Below, one piece after another: positions 1 to 7,872 of a stretch of DNA of 64,000 nt; the first letter of the stretch is position 1; every line of letters starts with the position of its first letter. A program made the position numbers and the translations under genes. The stretch is taken from positions 133,692 to 197,691 of the forward strand of contig JBBDIT010000055.1 in NCBI GenBank assembly GCA_040880285.1, written 5' to 3'. The DNA comes from Pseudomonadales bacterium (GTDB lineage Bacteria; Pseudomonadota; Gammaproteobacteria; Pseudomonadales; Azotimanducaceae). Below the pieces are notes generated by a model. That model saw only the letters and a program-made list of their open reading frames with translations. It did not search any database and was not told the origin of the DNA.

Positions 1-123
1 AACCGCAGAAAAGGTCACGCCAATACAAAAATAGTGAAATAGGGCAGCCTTGTGACGACGCTTCGAGAGCCCGGCGAGCGCAACAGCGAGATCCGAGGTG
101 TTATTTGACTCGATCTCTTTCAC
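1..123 (-). CDS. pstA: Phosphate ABC transporter permease PstA, N-terminal fragment (gene continues past window start)
   Basis: Not in ORF track (no stop inside window). Minus-strand frame from GTG at 123-121, overlapping the pstC TGA (GTGA), reads [41 protein letters not shown]: a basic cytoplasmic stretch then a hydrophobic helix. Position after pstS-pstC fits pstSCAB order. Confidence 0.6.
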   Translation of the reverse strand, partial: MKEIESNNTSDLAVALAGLSKRRHKAALFHYFCIGVTFSAV

Positions 124-1025
124 TCGTAGACCTCTCTGTATCGTCGCATGATCCAATTGGCCAACAGGTTGAGTAGCAATGTAATGAGGAATAAAACGGA
201 TGCGACGGCGAAAAGTGTCTTGTAGGCCAGGGTACCGGCTGGAGTGTCTCCAAGGGATACCTGAACGATATAGGCGGTCATGGTCTGGATACTCTCCAGC
301 GGATTGAGCGTCAGGTTGGGCGTGGCTCCAGCTGCCAGCGTCACTGCCATGGTCTCTCCGATGGCACGAGAAACAGCCAGCACAAACGTTGCAAAGATTC
401 CGGATAGCGCTGCCGGAAGAACAATGCGCGCCGTGACTTCAAACCGGGTTGCTCCGAGGGAGTAGGCACCCTCCCTGAGGGCGGTAGGCACGGAGCGAAG
501 GGCGTCATCACAGAGTGATGCAACCATGGGGAGGATCATAATACCAACCACGATAGCGGCGCTTGCGGCGTTGAATACCTGGGTCTGCGGAAACACGAGC
601 TGAAGGACCGGCGTAACCGTCGTTAATGCGAAGTAGCCGTAAACCACCGTCGGGATACCGGCGAGTACTTCCAATACCGGTTTGATAAAGCTACGAGCTC
701 TGTCTCCAGCGTACTCACTCAGATAGACAGCACAAGCGACACCAATGGGTAGCGCGACTACTGCCGATCCCACAACGATCATCAAAGTGCCGGCTAGCAA
801 CGGCAAAATACCGTAGGACTTGGGGTTTAGAAGGGGCGTCCACTCCGTACCGAAGGCAAACTCAAAAATCGAAACCTGTTGGAAAAAACTGAATGTCTCG
901 GTGGCCAGAATAACGATGACCGATACCGTGGTAATGACGGAAATCGAGGCACAAAAGAAGAAAAGGCTGGTGAGGCCTTTTTCTCCATAGTTCTTACGAC
1001 TGGTTTTCAGACTCGACATTCCCAT
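120..1025 (-). CDS. pstC: Phosphate ABC transporter permease PstC
   Basis: 301-aa multi-TM ORF with an ABC-permease EAA-type loop ([25 protein letters not shown]). Lies directly downstream of pstS. Confidence 0.9.
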   Translation of the reverse strand: MGMSSLKTSRKNYGEKGLTSLFFFCASISVITTVSVIVILATETFSFFQQVSIFEFAFGTEWTPLLNPKSYGILPLLAGTLMIVVGSAVVALPIGVACAVYLSEYAGDRARSFIKPVLEVLAGIPTVVYGYFALTTVTPVLQLVFPQTQVFNAASAAIVVGIMILPMVASLCDDALRSVPTALREGAYSLGATRFEVTARIVLPAALSGIFATFVLAVSRAIGETMAVTLAAGATPNLTLNPLESIQTMTAYIVQVSLGDTPAGTLAYKTLFAVASVLFLITLLLNLLANWIMRRYREVYE

Positions 1026-1133
1026 AGAAAGCCCTGATGCGTAGCGCTGGTGGGTAGCTCTGGTGAATCGTTCCGGCGACTGGTGTTGATAATTCCTGAT
1101 GGTGGCAGTGCTATAAAGCCGTGTCGACAGGAA

Positions 1134-2129
1134 CTAGTGACTGGTAAGCAGCGTGCTGACCGTCGCGTCTTCCCCATAAGCGGTGCCTGTTTCACGGGTG
1201 TCAACGCGTACTTTTGCCTTCTGGTAAGTTTCCTCCGGCAGTTCGATATAGCCAACTTCCCTCGCCAGTATGCCGGCATTATCCAGGTAAAAGTGTACGA
1301 ACTGCTCAACCTGCGGCTTATCCAGGGCGTCTGTACGGACATACAAAAAGATGGGGCGTGAGAGGGGCGCATAACTTCCATCGTTTATCGTCACAGGATT
1401 GGGCGCAATGGGACCACTGCCACCGTCAATTGGCACTACCTTGAGCTTGTCCTGATTCTCTTCATAATAGGCATACCCGAAATAGCCGAGGGCATATCGA
1501 TCACCGGCGACGCCCTGGACCAAAACATTGTCGTCTTCGCTGGCCGAGAAATCCGCCCTCGATGATTGCGATTCTCCATTGACGGCTTCAGTGAAATAGT
1601 CAAAGGTGCCTGAGTCGGTACCGGGCCCATACAACTTGATCGGCTGGTTCGGCCAGTGCCCCCTGACGTCTTGCCAGGTCATGACCTGGCTGCCTGGTCG
1701 CCATATCCTGTGTAATTCATCGACTGTGAGATAGTCGACCCAGTCGTTCTGCGGATTGACCACTACGGAGAGACCGTCAAAGGCGACCGGCAACTCGATG
1801 AAGGAGATGCCAGCAGCAGCTGCCTGCTGCATCTCACTGGGTTTGATGGACCTTGAGGCATCATTGATGTCCGTCTCACCATTAATGAACTTTTTGAAAC
1901 CACCACCAGTACCGGACACGCCTACAGTCACGCGCACCCTGGGTGCGGCGGTCCCGAATTCCTCAGCCACGGCCTCGCTGACGGGAAAGACAGTACTGGA
2001 ACCGTCGACCCTGACCCGGCCTTCAAGTGCTGAAGCGTTTGTGGAAGACTTGCCAACATCTTGCTCTGCTGGTTCTGAACAACCGGCGGCTGCCAATGTC
2101 AGCAGCAGGAGTGTGATGAATCGAAACAT
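1134..2129 (-). CDS. pstS: Phosphate ABC transporter substrate-binding lipoprotein PstS
   Basis: 331-aa ORF with lipoprotein signal (LLLTLAAAGCSE). PstS-family motifs: VDGSSTVFPVSEAVAEEF, GVSGTGGGFKKF, YGPGTDSGTFDYFTE. First gene of the pst operon. Confidence 0.9.
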   Translation of the reverse strand: MFRFITLLLLTLAAAGCSEPAEQDVGKSSTNASALEGRVRVDGSSTVFPVSEAVAEEFGTAAPRVRVTVGVSGTGGGFKKFINGETDINDASRSIKPSEMQQAAAAGISFIELPVAFDGLSVVVNPQNDWVDYLTVDELHRIWRPGSQVMTWQDVRGHWPNQPIKLYGPGTDSGTFDYFTEAVNGESQSSRADFSASEDDNVLVQGVAGDRYALGYFGYAYYEENQDKLKVVPIDGGSGPIAPNPVTINDGSYAPLSRPIFLYVRTDALDKPQVEQFVHFYLDNAGILAREVGYIELPEETYQKAKVRVDTRETGTAYGEDATVSTLLTSH

Positions 2130-2431
2130 AGTGCTGTCCTGATGGAGGAATTGCGAGCGTGATTAGACAGGGAAATTGTTAAGGGAAGTTAAATCAATGG
2201 TTAAGATTGTGTAGAGGTACCGAAATCCGGCTACATCGCCTTATACTGTGCTGCCTGCGCGGCCCGCGGAAAGTCGCTGCGACGTCCCCAAAAAGGGTGA
2301 TCTGACCTGGGCGCGAAGAAATAGGAAGATTCGATTAATGATTCCTTTATTAAAATTTAATATAAAGATCTTAATCTGCGCGTCAAATTTCACCGTCGAA
2401 ATGCTGTCACCCACTAACGAGACTGTTGAAC

Positions 2432-3373
2432 ATGAAACAATCCCTGTCACCTGCCTATGTGGTGGGTTTGTTGCTGGTGCCCACCTGGGCTCTCGCGCTC
2501 GAACTGCCGCTTGAGTTGTACGGTGAGGCTAACGTTAGTCGGGACCTGGTAGAGGAAGATGAAAATGTCTGGACGAGCAATGTCTCTAAACTGGGTATTA
2601 AGGGAGAATATGCTGTCTCGACTGACCTGTCGGTCATCTATCAGGTAGAACAGGGAATTGACCTGGTCCATGGCGGCAAGCAGGTCGACACGCTCTTGAG
2701 TACTCGCAATACTTTCATTGGTGTCTCCGGTGCCTTCGGCAAGTTTATGGTTGGCACCCACGACACGCCACTCAAGAAAACGCAGGGGAAAGTGGACCTG
2801 TTCAATAACCAGGCGGGGGACATCAAGGCCCTGGTTCCCGGTGAAGTACGGGCGCGTGACAGTTATGTGTGGCACTCGCCTCGCTTTGCCGAGGCCTTTA
2901 CCATCCAGGCCATGTATGTGCCGGCTGACTCGGACTTCGATGCCAGCCAGTCGCTGGCTATCTTCTGGGCCAGGGACAGCTTCGGAATCAATCTGGCGAT
3001 TGACTCAAAGATGCGCAAGAACGACCGGGAAGTTACCCGGACGAAAGTGTATGACGCCATGCGCGGTAGCGTCGAATACAAGCCGGGTACCTGGCGATTC
3101 GGGTTGCTGCTGGAAATTGCAGAACAACGAAATACGGCCAGACCCGTAAGGGAAACGGCCTACATCGTCAGCGCGGGCAAATCCATCGAAAAGCTTACCT
3201 TTAAAATGCAGATGGGATGGTCGGACATTATTGTCCCGGACGCACGACAATCGAGCCTGGGGGTCGACTTTGCAGTGCGACCGGACTTTATCTTATATGC
3301 GCAGGCGTCAAACCATGACAACGGCATCGCGCGGCAATATACCGTATCTTTGGGTGCACGGTTTAAATTCTGA
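2432..3373 (+). CDS. Outer-membrane porin (general Gram-negative porin / Porin_4-like), divergent from pstS
   Basis: Signal peptide (VVGLLLVPTWALA), N-terminal ELYGEANVS...SKLGIKGEY as in general porins, alternating beta-strand pattern, C-terminal ...SLGARFKF ending in Phe. ATG at 2432 preferred over the TTG at 2426 used by the ORF track. Confidence 0.65.
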   Translation: MKQSLSPAYVVGLLLVPTWALALELPLELYGEANVSRDLVEEDENVWTSNVSKLGIKGEYAVSTDLSVIYQVEQGIDLVHGGKQVDTLLSTRNTFIGVSGAFGKFMVGTHDTPLKKTQGKVDLFNNQAGDIKALVPGEVRARDSYVWHSPRFAEAFTIQAMYVPADSDFDASQSLAIFWARDSFGINLAIDSKMRKNDREVTRTKVYDAMRGSVEYKPGTWRFGLLLEIAEQRNTARPVRETAYIVSAGKSIEKLTFKMQMGWSDIIVPDARQSSLGVDFAVRPDFILYAQASNHDNGIARQYTVSLGARFKF

Positions 3374-3384
3374 CTTCCCGCCCG

Positions 3385-3411
3385 AGTCCTCCCGACAAGA
3401 CTTCGAGGACT
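3385..3411. terminator. Weak hairpin between convergent porin and peptidase genes (possible bidirectional terminator)
   Basis: AGTCCTC (3385-3391) pairs with GAGGACT (3405-3411), a 7-bp stem with a 13-nt loop. No clear U-tract, and it touches the peptidase stop codon. Confidence 0.25.
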
Positions 3412-4481
3412 TATTCAGGAGTTCCCTGGTTGCGCTTTTCAGAGAGTGTCAGCAGAATCCTGAGAAACGCCTCACATGACGCGACGGCGGCGGACTCCTC
3501 TATCGTGTGATAACCAGTCGTTGGAATCTGTAGCGTCGTCCCCTGCACCAGACCGTTAGAGGCCGCGGAGATTCGACCCATTTCAGTGCTGCCAATAGAC
3601 TGGGCCGATTCTCCCTTCTGCTTTGCTTCCAGATTTCGCCTTTCCACATACTCATCCTTGAAAAGATAGGAGATTCCAAGCTGCTCGCAGTTATCTCGTA
3701 AGAGATCCGTGGTTTCCACGTTGAAATTACTATTGGCATCCTTGTTCCTTAGCACCACAAGCTGCTCGTTGGCGGTAGCGACATCGGGGAAGGGACTTGT
3801 GTCTACTACGATCAGGCGATTGGTTGAGCCGCCAAACCGGCGAAACCATTCAAGCAGGTAGCGCCAGCTACGGCCAGCCTCCTCACCGGCAGTAAAAAAC
3901 GCCGTGCCCTGATAACCCAGCTCAAACAGGTGAACCAGGGCGGCCGTCGTCAAAACATTATCCAGCTGGCCAAAAAACCTGTCCTCGGCAATGACGAGGC
4001 GATCAGCGAAGGCGACCGGCGTGCCAGCTACCAGATGTTCGAGCCCACGGACCTCGAATATCAGGTTATTCCTGTACTCGCAAATATAGGAGTTGTTAAT
4101 GGTGCCCTTACCCCGGTAGGCACCGGACCAGGGTTCATAAGCCATCAGTTCGACCTGGTCGAATCGATCGGAGATCCTGTTCATCAGACTCTCGGATACA
4201 GAATTACCCAGGAGGTCAGAGCGGCTGCCCGCCACGAAAGCCGCATACTGGAACTCGTTCGGACCGGTGCAAATCAGGCCGTGCCGGTCGATATGGGCAG
4301 AGAGCATCACGGCGCGCGGGTCCGTGCCCTGCGCAACCAGCAAGCCTTCATACCAGTACACCTGGGCCCCACGCTCCTCAAGGGCTCGTTGCAGGACTCG
4401 AAAAAAAGCGTGTTCGGCCCCAACGACACTGGGTTGCCGGATCAATTCCTTCAGGGTGTCTGTAAAGCGATCGAATTCCAT
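3411..4481 (-). CDS. Putative M42/M28-type metallo-aminopeptidase-like protein
   Basis: 356-aa ORF. By eye, LSAHIDRHG, GQLDNVLTTAAL, FTAGEEAG, VVDTS and TTGYHT line up with the metal-ligand blocks of M42-family peptidases. This is a family assignment only. Confidence 0.5.
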   Translation of the reverse strand: MEFDRFTDTLKELIRQPSVVGAEHAFFRVLQRALEERGAQVYWYEGLLVAQGTDPRAVMLSAHIDRHGLICTGPNEFQYAAFVAGSRSDLLGNSVSESLMNRISDRFDQVELMAYEPWSGAYRGKGTINNSYICEYRNNLIFEVRGLEHLVAGTPVAFADRLVIAEDRFFGQLDNVLTTAALVHLFELGYQGTAFFTAGEEAGRSWRYLLEWFRRFGGSTNRLIVVDTSPFPDVATANEQLVVLRNKDANSNFNVETTDLLRDNCEQLGISYLFKDEYVERRNLEAKQKGESAQSIGSTEMGRISAASNGLVQGTTLQIPTTGYHTIEESAAVASCEAFLRILLTLSEKRNQGTPE

Positions 4482-4800
4482 GCCTGACTCCCCAGCACGA
4501 TTTCACCAATCATTACATGGAAGCCGCGTCGCTGCTAATGGTGATATCAATTGCACCGGACCGGGCGGCGGTTGATCAATCAGCCGGGAATGCGGAGGTC
4601 CGGGAGGAAGTCCAGGAAGTAGTGCGAAGATTTTGCCTGCCACAACACCACTCTTTACCGCATTCAGTCTGGATGTCATCAGGGTCACAGCTTCATCGTG
4701 TATTTACGATCATGCCGGTACGGGCTTATTGGTGAAAGTGACGATATTGGGAGCCTGAGTGCCGAGACAGCAAAACCAGCTAAATAGACAGGAAATCACT

Positions 4801-6222
4801 ATGAAAAAAACAATTCTGATGATGTTAGTCCTGACGCCGGTCGCGGTGAATGGGGCAGAACTTGTGACCTTCTCGGAAGGAACCACGGCAAAAGCCAGTG
4901 AGGTCAACAGCAATTTTGAGGCATTGAATTCGGGGATTGAGACCAATGCTGCGACGATTGAAAATATTGCATTAACACCTGGCCCGGCGGGGCCAGCAGG
5001 ACCAGCAGGACCCGCCGGGCCGACAGGTGACCCGGGAGCGGATGGCGCCCAGGGACCCAAAGGCGATAAAGGTGACCCGGGCCCGGCGGGTTCAAGTGGC
5101 AGTTTCGGTACGGCAACCGTCGCGGTCGATTGCGATGCTGGTGGATCGATTCAGGACGTGCTTGATACCGAACCCGGTAGCATTCTGACTATTAACGTAA
5201 GTGGAACCTGTGCCGAGAGTCTGGCGATCGCCAGATCCAACGTCATCATTGTTGGTGGAACCATCGTCCCGCCACTCGATCACGATGGCTCGGCTTTGAT
5301 TAAAGTATTTGGCGCATCCAATGTTGAGTTCAGCACCGTTAGTGTTGACGCCGGGGCGAGTGTCGCGTTGTTACTCGAAGGTGCGACTGGCGCATTGATC
5401 GATAGTGATTTTGGCTCTACCGGTCATGATTTCTTCACGGTCATTCTCGATCATTCGAGACTTTCGATGCAAGGCAGTTCGGTATTCCACACGGCCCCTG
5501 CCGGAGATAACGGTGCGATGATTGCGCTCAACAACAGTAGTGTAACCTTAAATGGTGGCAATACCTTGACCACCGATGGTGCTGAAGCCGAGACATTAAT
5601 CCTGCTGGGCAATTCGAGCCTCTCCAAGGGTCTTGCGGCATTGGCGCCCGATACGCCAATGGATCACATCAATAACACAGGGCCCGGTATTGGCCTGTTG
5701 GTTGAAGGCGCTTCCAGCGTGCTTTCGATTGGTGATGTAGGGATCACAGTCAGCGGTGGTGTTGAGGTAATCGGCGGGTCCTATATGTTATTGGATACCT
5801 TCGTATTAATCGGTGGCACTGCAGGTGGACTCGTGGTTGGTTTAAATTCCAGCGTGCTGGGAGAAGGGGAGTGTGACCCTTTTGATACTTTCAGCTGTTC
5901 ACTGCATCTCCTTGGCGGGATTAAGCTCAGTCAAGGGGCGTCGGTGGAGCTTGAGCAAGCCTTCGTGGGTGCCGGCCTGAGCAACGCGAATCACGGTACT
6001 GAATTACTGGCAACCGATGTAAATTTCGCCGCACCGCTCAGGGCTGGTGGTGGAGCCATTAATCTCAGTGGTGGATCTGTTAATACGGCGCTTTGCCCGT
6101 CCCTTGATTCGGTTCTCTCCGTCAACGGAGCGACGACGGTGACTGATATAACCGGACCGTTTGATGTGCCGGGTAACGATAGTTGTGTTTACCAGGATGG
6201 CACTCCGTTGCCATATCCATAA
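4801..6222 (+). CDS. Secreted collagen-like-repeat protein with predicted right-handed beta-helix C-terminal domain
   Basis: ATG at 4801 gives a classic signal peptide (MKKTILMMLVLTPVAVNGA). A short N-terminal segment is followed by 13 uninterrupted G-X-Y triplets, then about 370 aa rich in G/S/N/V/L short repeats with the opening V-x-C-x-x-G-G-S-I-Q-x-x-L...I-x-V-S-G-T-C-x-E typical of pectate-lyase-fold proteins. The ORF-track start at 4759 adds 14 non-signal residues. Confidence 0.7.
   Translation: MKKTILMMLVLTPVAVNGAELVTFSEGTTAKASEVNSNFEALNSGIETNAATIENIALTPGPAGPAGPAGPAGPTGDPGADGAQGPKGDKGDPGPAGSSGSFGTATVAVDCDAGGSIQDVLDTEPGSILTINVSGTCAESLAIARSNVIIVGGTIVPPLDHDGSALIKVFGASNVEFSTVSVDAGASVALLLEGATGALIDSDFGSTGHDFFTVILDHSRLSMQGSSVFHTAPAGDNGAMIALNNSSVTLNGGNTLTTDGAEAETLILLGNSSLSKGLAALAPDTPMDHINNTGPGIGLLVEGASSVLSIGDVGITVSGGVEVIGGSYMLLDTFVLIGGTAGGLVVGLNSSVLGEGECDPFDTFSCSLHLLGGIKLSQGASVELEQAFVGAGLSNANHGTELLATDVNFAAPLRAGGGAINLSGGSVNTALCPSLDSVLSVNGATTVTDITGPFDVPGNDSCVYQDGTPLPYP
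4981..5100 (+). repeat. Collagen triple-helix (G-X-Y)13 coding repeat
   Basis: Translates to GPAGPAGPAGPAGPTGDPGADGAQGPKGDKGDPGPAGSSG. The first four triplets are GPA. Its GC-rich periodicity creates the spurious antisense ORF 4710..5060. Confidence 0.9.
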
Positions 6223-6237
6223 GAGCAGGGGAAAATC

Positions 6238-7707
6238 ATGAAATCAATGGATATGAAATTCTTGTATGCCAGCCTGTTTGCACTACTGCTAACTGGCTGT
6301 GGCAGTGGTACCAGTGACAGTGTGACACCGCCGCAGACATCGATACCGGATGTAGTCTTCGAGCCCATCGTGGTTTCCGGTATTGCGGCGGCAGGCGCGG
6401 CGCTGGACGGGGCAACGGTTGAAGTGATCGATGCCAGTGGCAACCTCGTTGATGTAGGGGATGCCCTGACCGGGTCCGACGGCTCCTACCAGGTCCAGTT
6501 GCCGCAGGGCGTCGAGCTGCCGGTTATTGTCCGGGTAACCCCCCCTGGTGGCACGCCGCTACTCAATATTGTGCCGCCGGCCGCTGACGGCGAAACCGAG
6601 GTGGTTGCCAATATCAATCCCGTGACTGACCTGGTGTCGAACCAGGTACTGGGTGATGCGGACGCGGCTGACAACGCGGCACTGGCCGGTGCGCTTGCCA
6701 ATGTCGACAGCACCACCATTGAGGCCAGTGGCAATGAGGTGGTTGGACGCCTGCTGGGTGCTTCGGTGAAGTACAGTAGCTTTTCAAATGATCCGGACTT
6801 TGTCGCAAAGACATCGGACGCCAGCACCACGTCATCCGCTGCAGATGCGATTCTCGATACGCTGGCTCGAAAGGCCAGTAAGTCAGGTAGCACTATCAAG
6901 GATCAACTGAAGAGCCTGAACGAACAAGAAGACCCTCCCCAACTGTTGGCGCAGCCTGACTTCCAGATCGGGCTGGTTAGTGAAATGGTCAAGGGCGGTT
7001 CGGCGTCCACCGATCTTGAATCGAAGTTGTCGGCGATCGGTGCCATCCCTGATCCCGTCGAGGGAGAAGCAGATGTTTTCCGGGCCGTGATAGAAACCGT
7101 GCCAGCAGTGATGGAAACGGTACGGTCCGGTTCGTCTGCACTGGTTGATGACCCTGATCTCCTGGATGTCGCTGTTGATGCTGCAATTGATCTCCTTGCC
7201 AATACTGTGCAGGCGAAAAAAGATCGATTTGCAACGGCTGATGCGGGTCTGGTGAATGCCATTAAATCCCCCAGCCTGCAACAGACAGTTGCCAGGGTGG
7301 TGGAAACCAGTGTGGTACCGACATTGAGTAGCTTTGTGGGTTCTGGTAGCACCGAGACGGTGAAAGCCAGTCTCATCCAGGTTGTCGACCAGGTAACGAC
7401 TCAGGCGAGCGTCGTGACCAGTTCTTTTACCTACACGGAGACGTCAACGGATGTCAGCAATCTGGTGTCGGGCTTTGTGGCCCAGCAGGTGACTGCGCCA
7501 ACGACGATAGAAGAACTGGAAGCTGCCGCGAGTGGAACGACTCAAACCATACAGGATCTGGGTGATGTCAATACGGTCAAGACCAGTCTGGAGACTTTTG
7601 CCGACGATAATATCGATTTGGTGGAAGGGTCGCTGGATGACCTGATTGAGCCGGTTCCTCCTGGTACATGGAACAATTCCAATTGGGGTAACTTTAACTG
7701 GGGCTAG
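6238..7707 (+). CDS. Acidic Ala/Ser/Thr/Val/Asp-rich lipoprotein of unknown function
   Basis: 489-aa ORF starting 15 nt after the collagen-like gene. Lipobox LLLTGC at the N-terminus. An early segment (VVSGIAAAGAALDGATVEVIDASGNLVDVGDALTGSDGSYQVQLPQG) resembles carboxypeptidase-regulatory/Ig-like beta-sandwich folds. The rest is low complexity and acidic, with an unusual tail PPGTWNNSNWGNFNWG. Confidence 0.6.
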   Translation: MKSMDMKFLYASLFALLLTGCGSGTSDSVTPPQTSIPDVVFEPIVVSGIAAAGAALDGATVEVIDASGNLVDVGDALTGSDGSYQVQLPQGVELPVIVRVTPPGGTPLLNIVPPAADGETEVVANINPVTDLVSNQVLGDADAADNAALAGALANVDSTTIEASGNEVVGRLLGASVKYSSFSNDPDFVAKTSDASTTSSAADAILDTLARKASKSGSTIKDQLKSLNEQEDPPQLLAQPDFQIGLVSEMVKGGSASTDLESKLSAIGAIPDPVEGEADVFRAVIETVPAVMETVRSGSSALVDDPDLLDVAVDAAIDLLANTVQAKKDRFATADAGLVNAIKSPSLQQTVARVVETSVVPTLSSFVGSGSTETVKASLIQVVDQVTTQASVVTSSFTYTETSTDVSNLVSGFVAQQVTAPTTIEELEAAASGTTQTIQDLGDVNTVKTSLETFADDNIDLVEGSLDDLIEPVPPGTWNNSNWGNFNWG

Positions 7708-7734
7708 TTGCGCACCAAAGTATCTGGAATGATT

Positions 7735-7770
7735 GATTGGCCGGGCCTGGCCCCGGTCAATCCTCTTTGT
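7735..7770 (+). terminator. Candidate rho-independent terminator after the lipoprotein gene
   Basis: GATTGGCCGGG (7735-7745) pairs with CCCGGTCAATC (7752-7762), giving an 11-bp stem including one G-U and loop CCTGGC. It is followed by CTCTTTGT. Confidence 0.45.
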
Positions 7771-7872
7771 CGTCCAGCTTTTGTCGCGCAGCTTTTGTCG
7801 CCAGTGTGCAATAATTGCCGAACCTCTCTAACTCTCGAAACTCTTTAACTCACGAAACCGGGCAGACTTCGA

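Noticed and set aside
2382-2427. GTCA/GTCG/GTCA/TGTTG repeats (including CTGTCAC at 2404-2410) just before the porin start, considered as a Pho box.
   Set aside because: Spacing is irregular (13, 11 and 17 bp). The motif ends about 20 nt before the ATG that is needed for the signal peptide, leaving no room for a -10 element and leader. It is more likely chance or 5'-UTR sequence.
4503-4735. ORFs 4517..4735 (+, 72 aa) and 4503..4688 (-, 61 aa) in the 320-nt spacer upstream of the collagen-like gene.
   Set aside because: They are mutually overlapping on opposite strands, have no clear ribosome-binding sites, and have Pro/Arg/Ser-rich products. I cannot support either as a gene, although a small regulator cannot be excluded without expression data.
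4710-5060. 116-aa minus-strand ORF with a GPAGPAGPAGPAGPG tract.
   Set aside because: It is the antisense image of the collagen G-X-Y repeat (GGN-CCN periodicity reads as Gly/Pro on both strands). It has no signal of its own and overlaps the start of the well-supported plus-strand gene.
4801-7707. A prophage-remnant or mobile-element origin for the collagen-like tail-fibre-style gene.
   Set aside because: There is no integrase, transposase, terminase, baseplate or other phage gene, no adjacent tRNA, and no flanking direct repeats visible in the window. The fibre-like architecture alone is insufficient.
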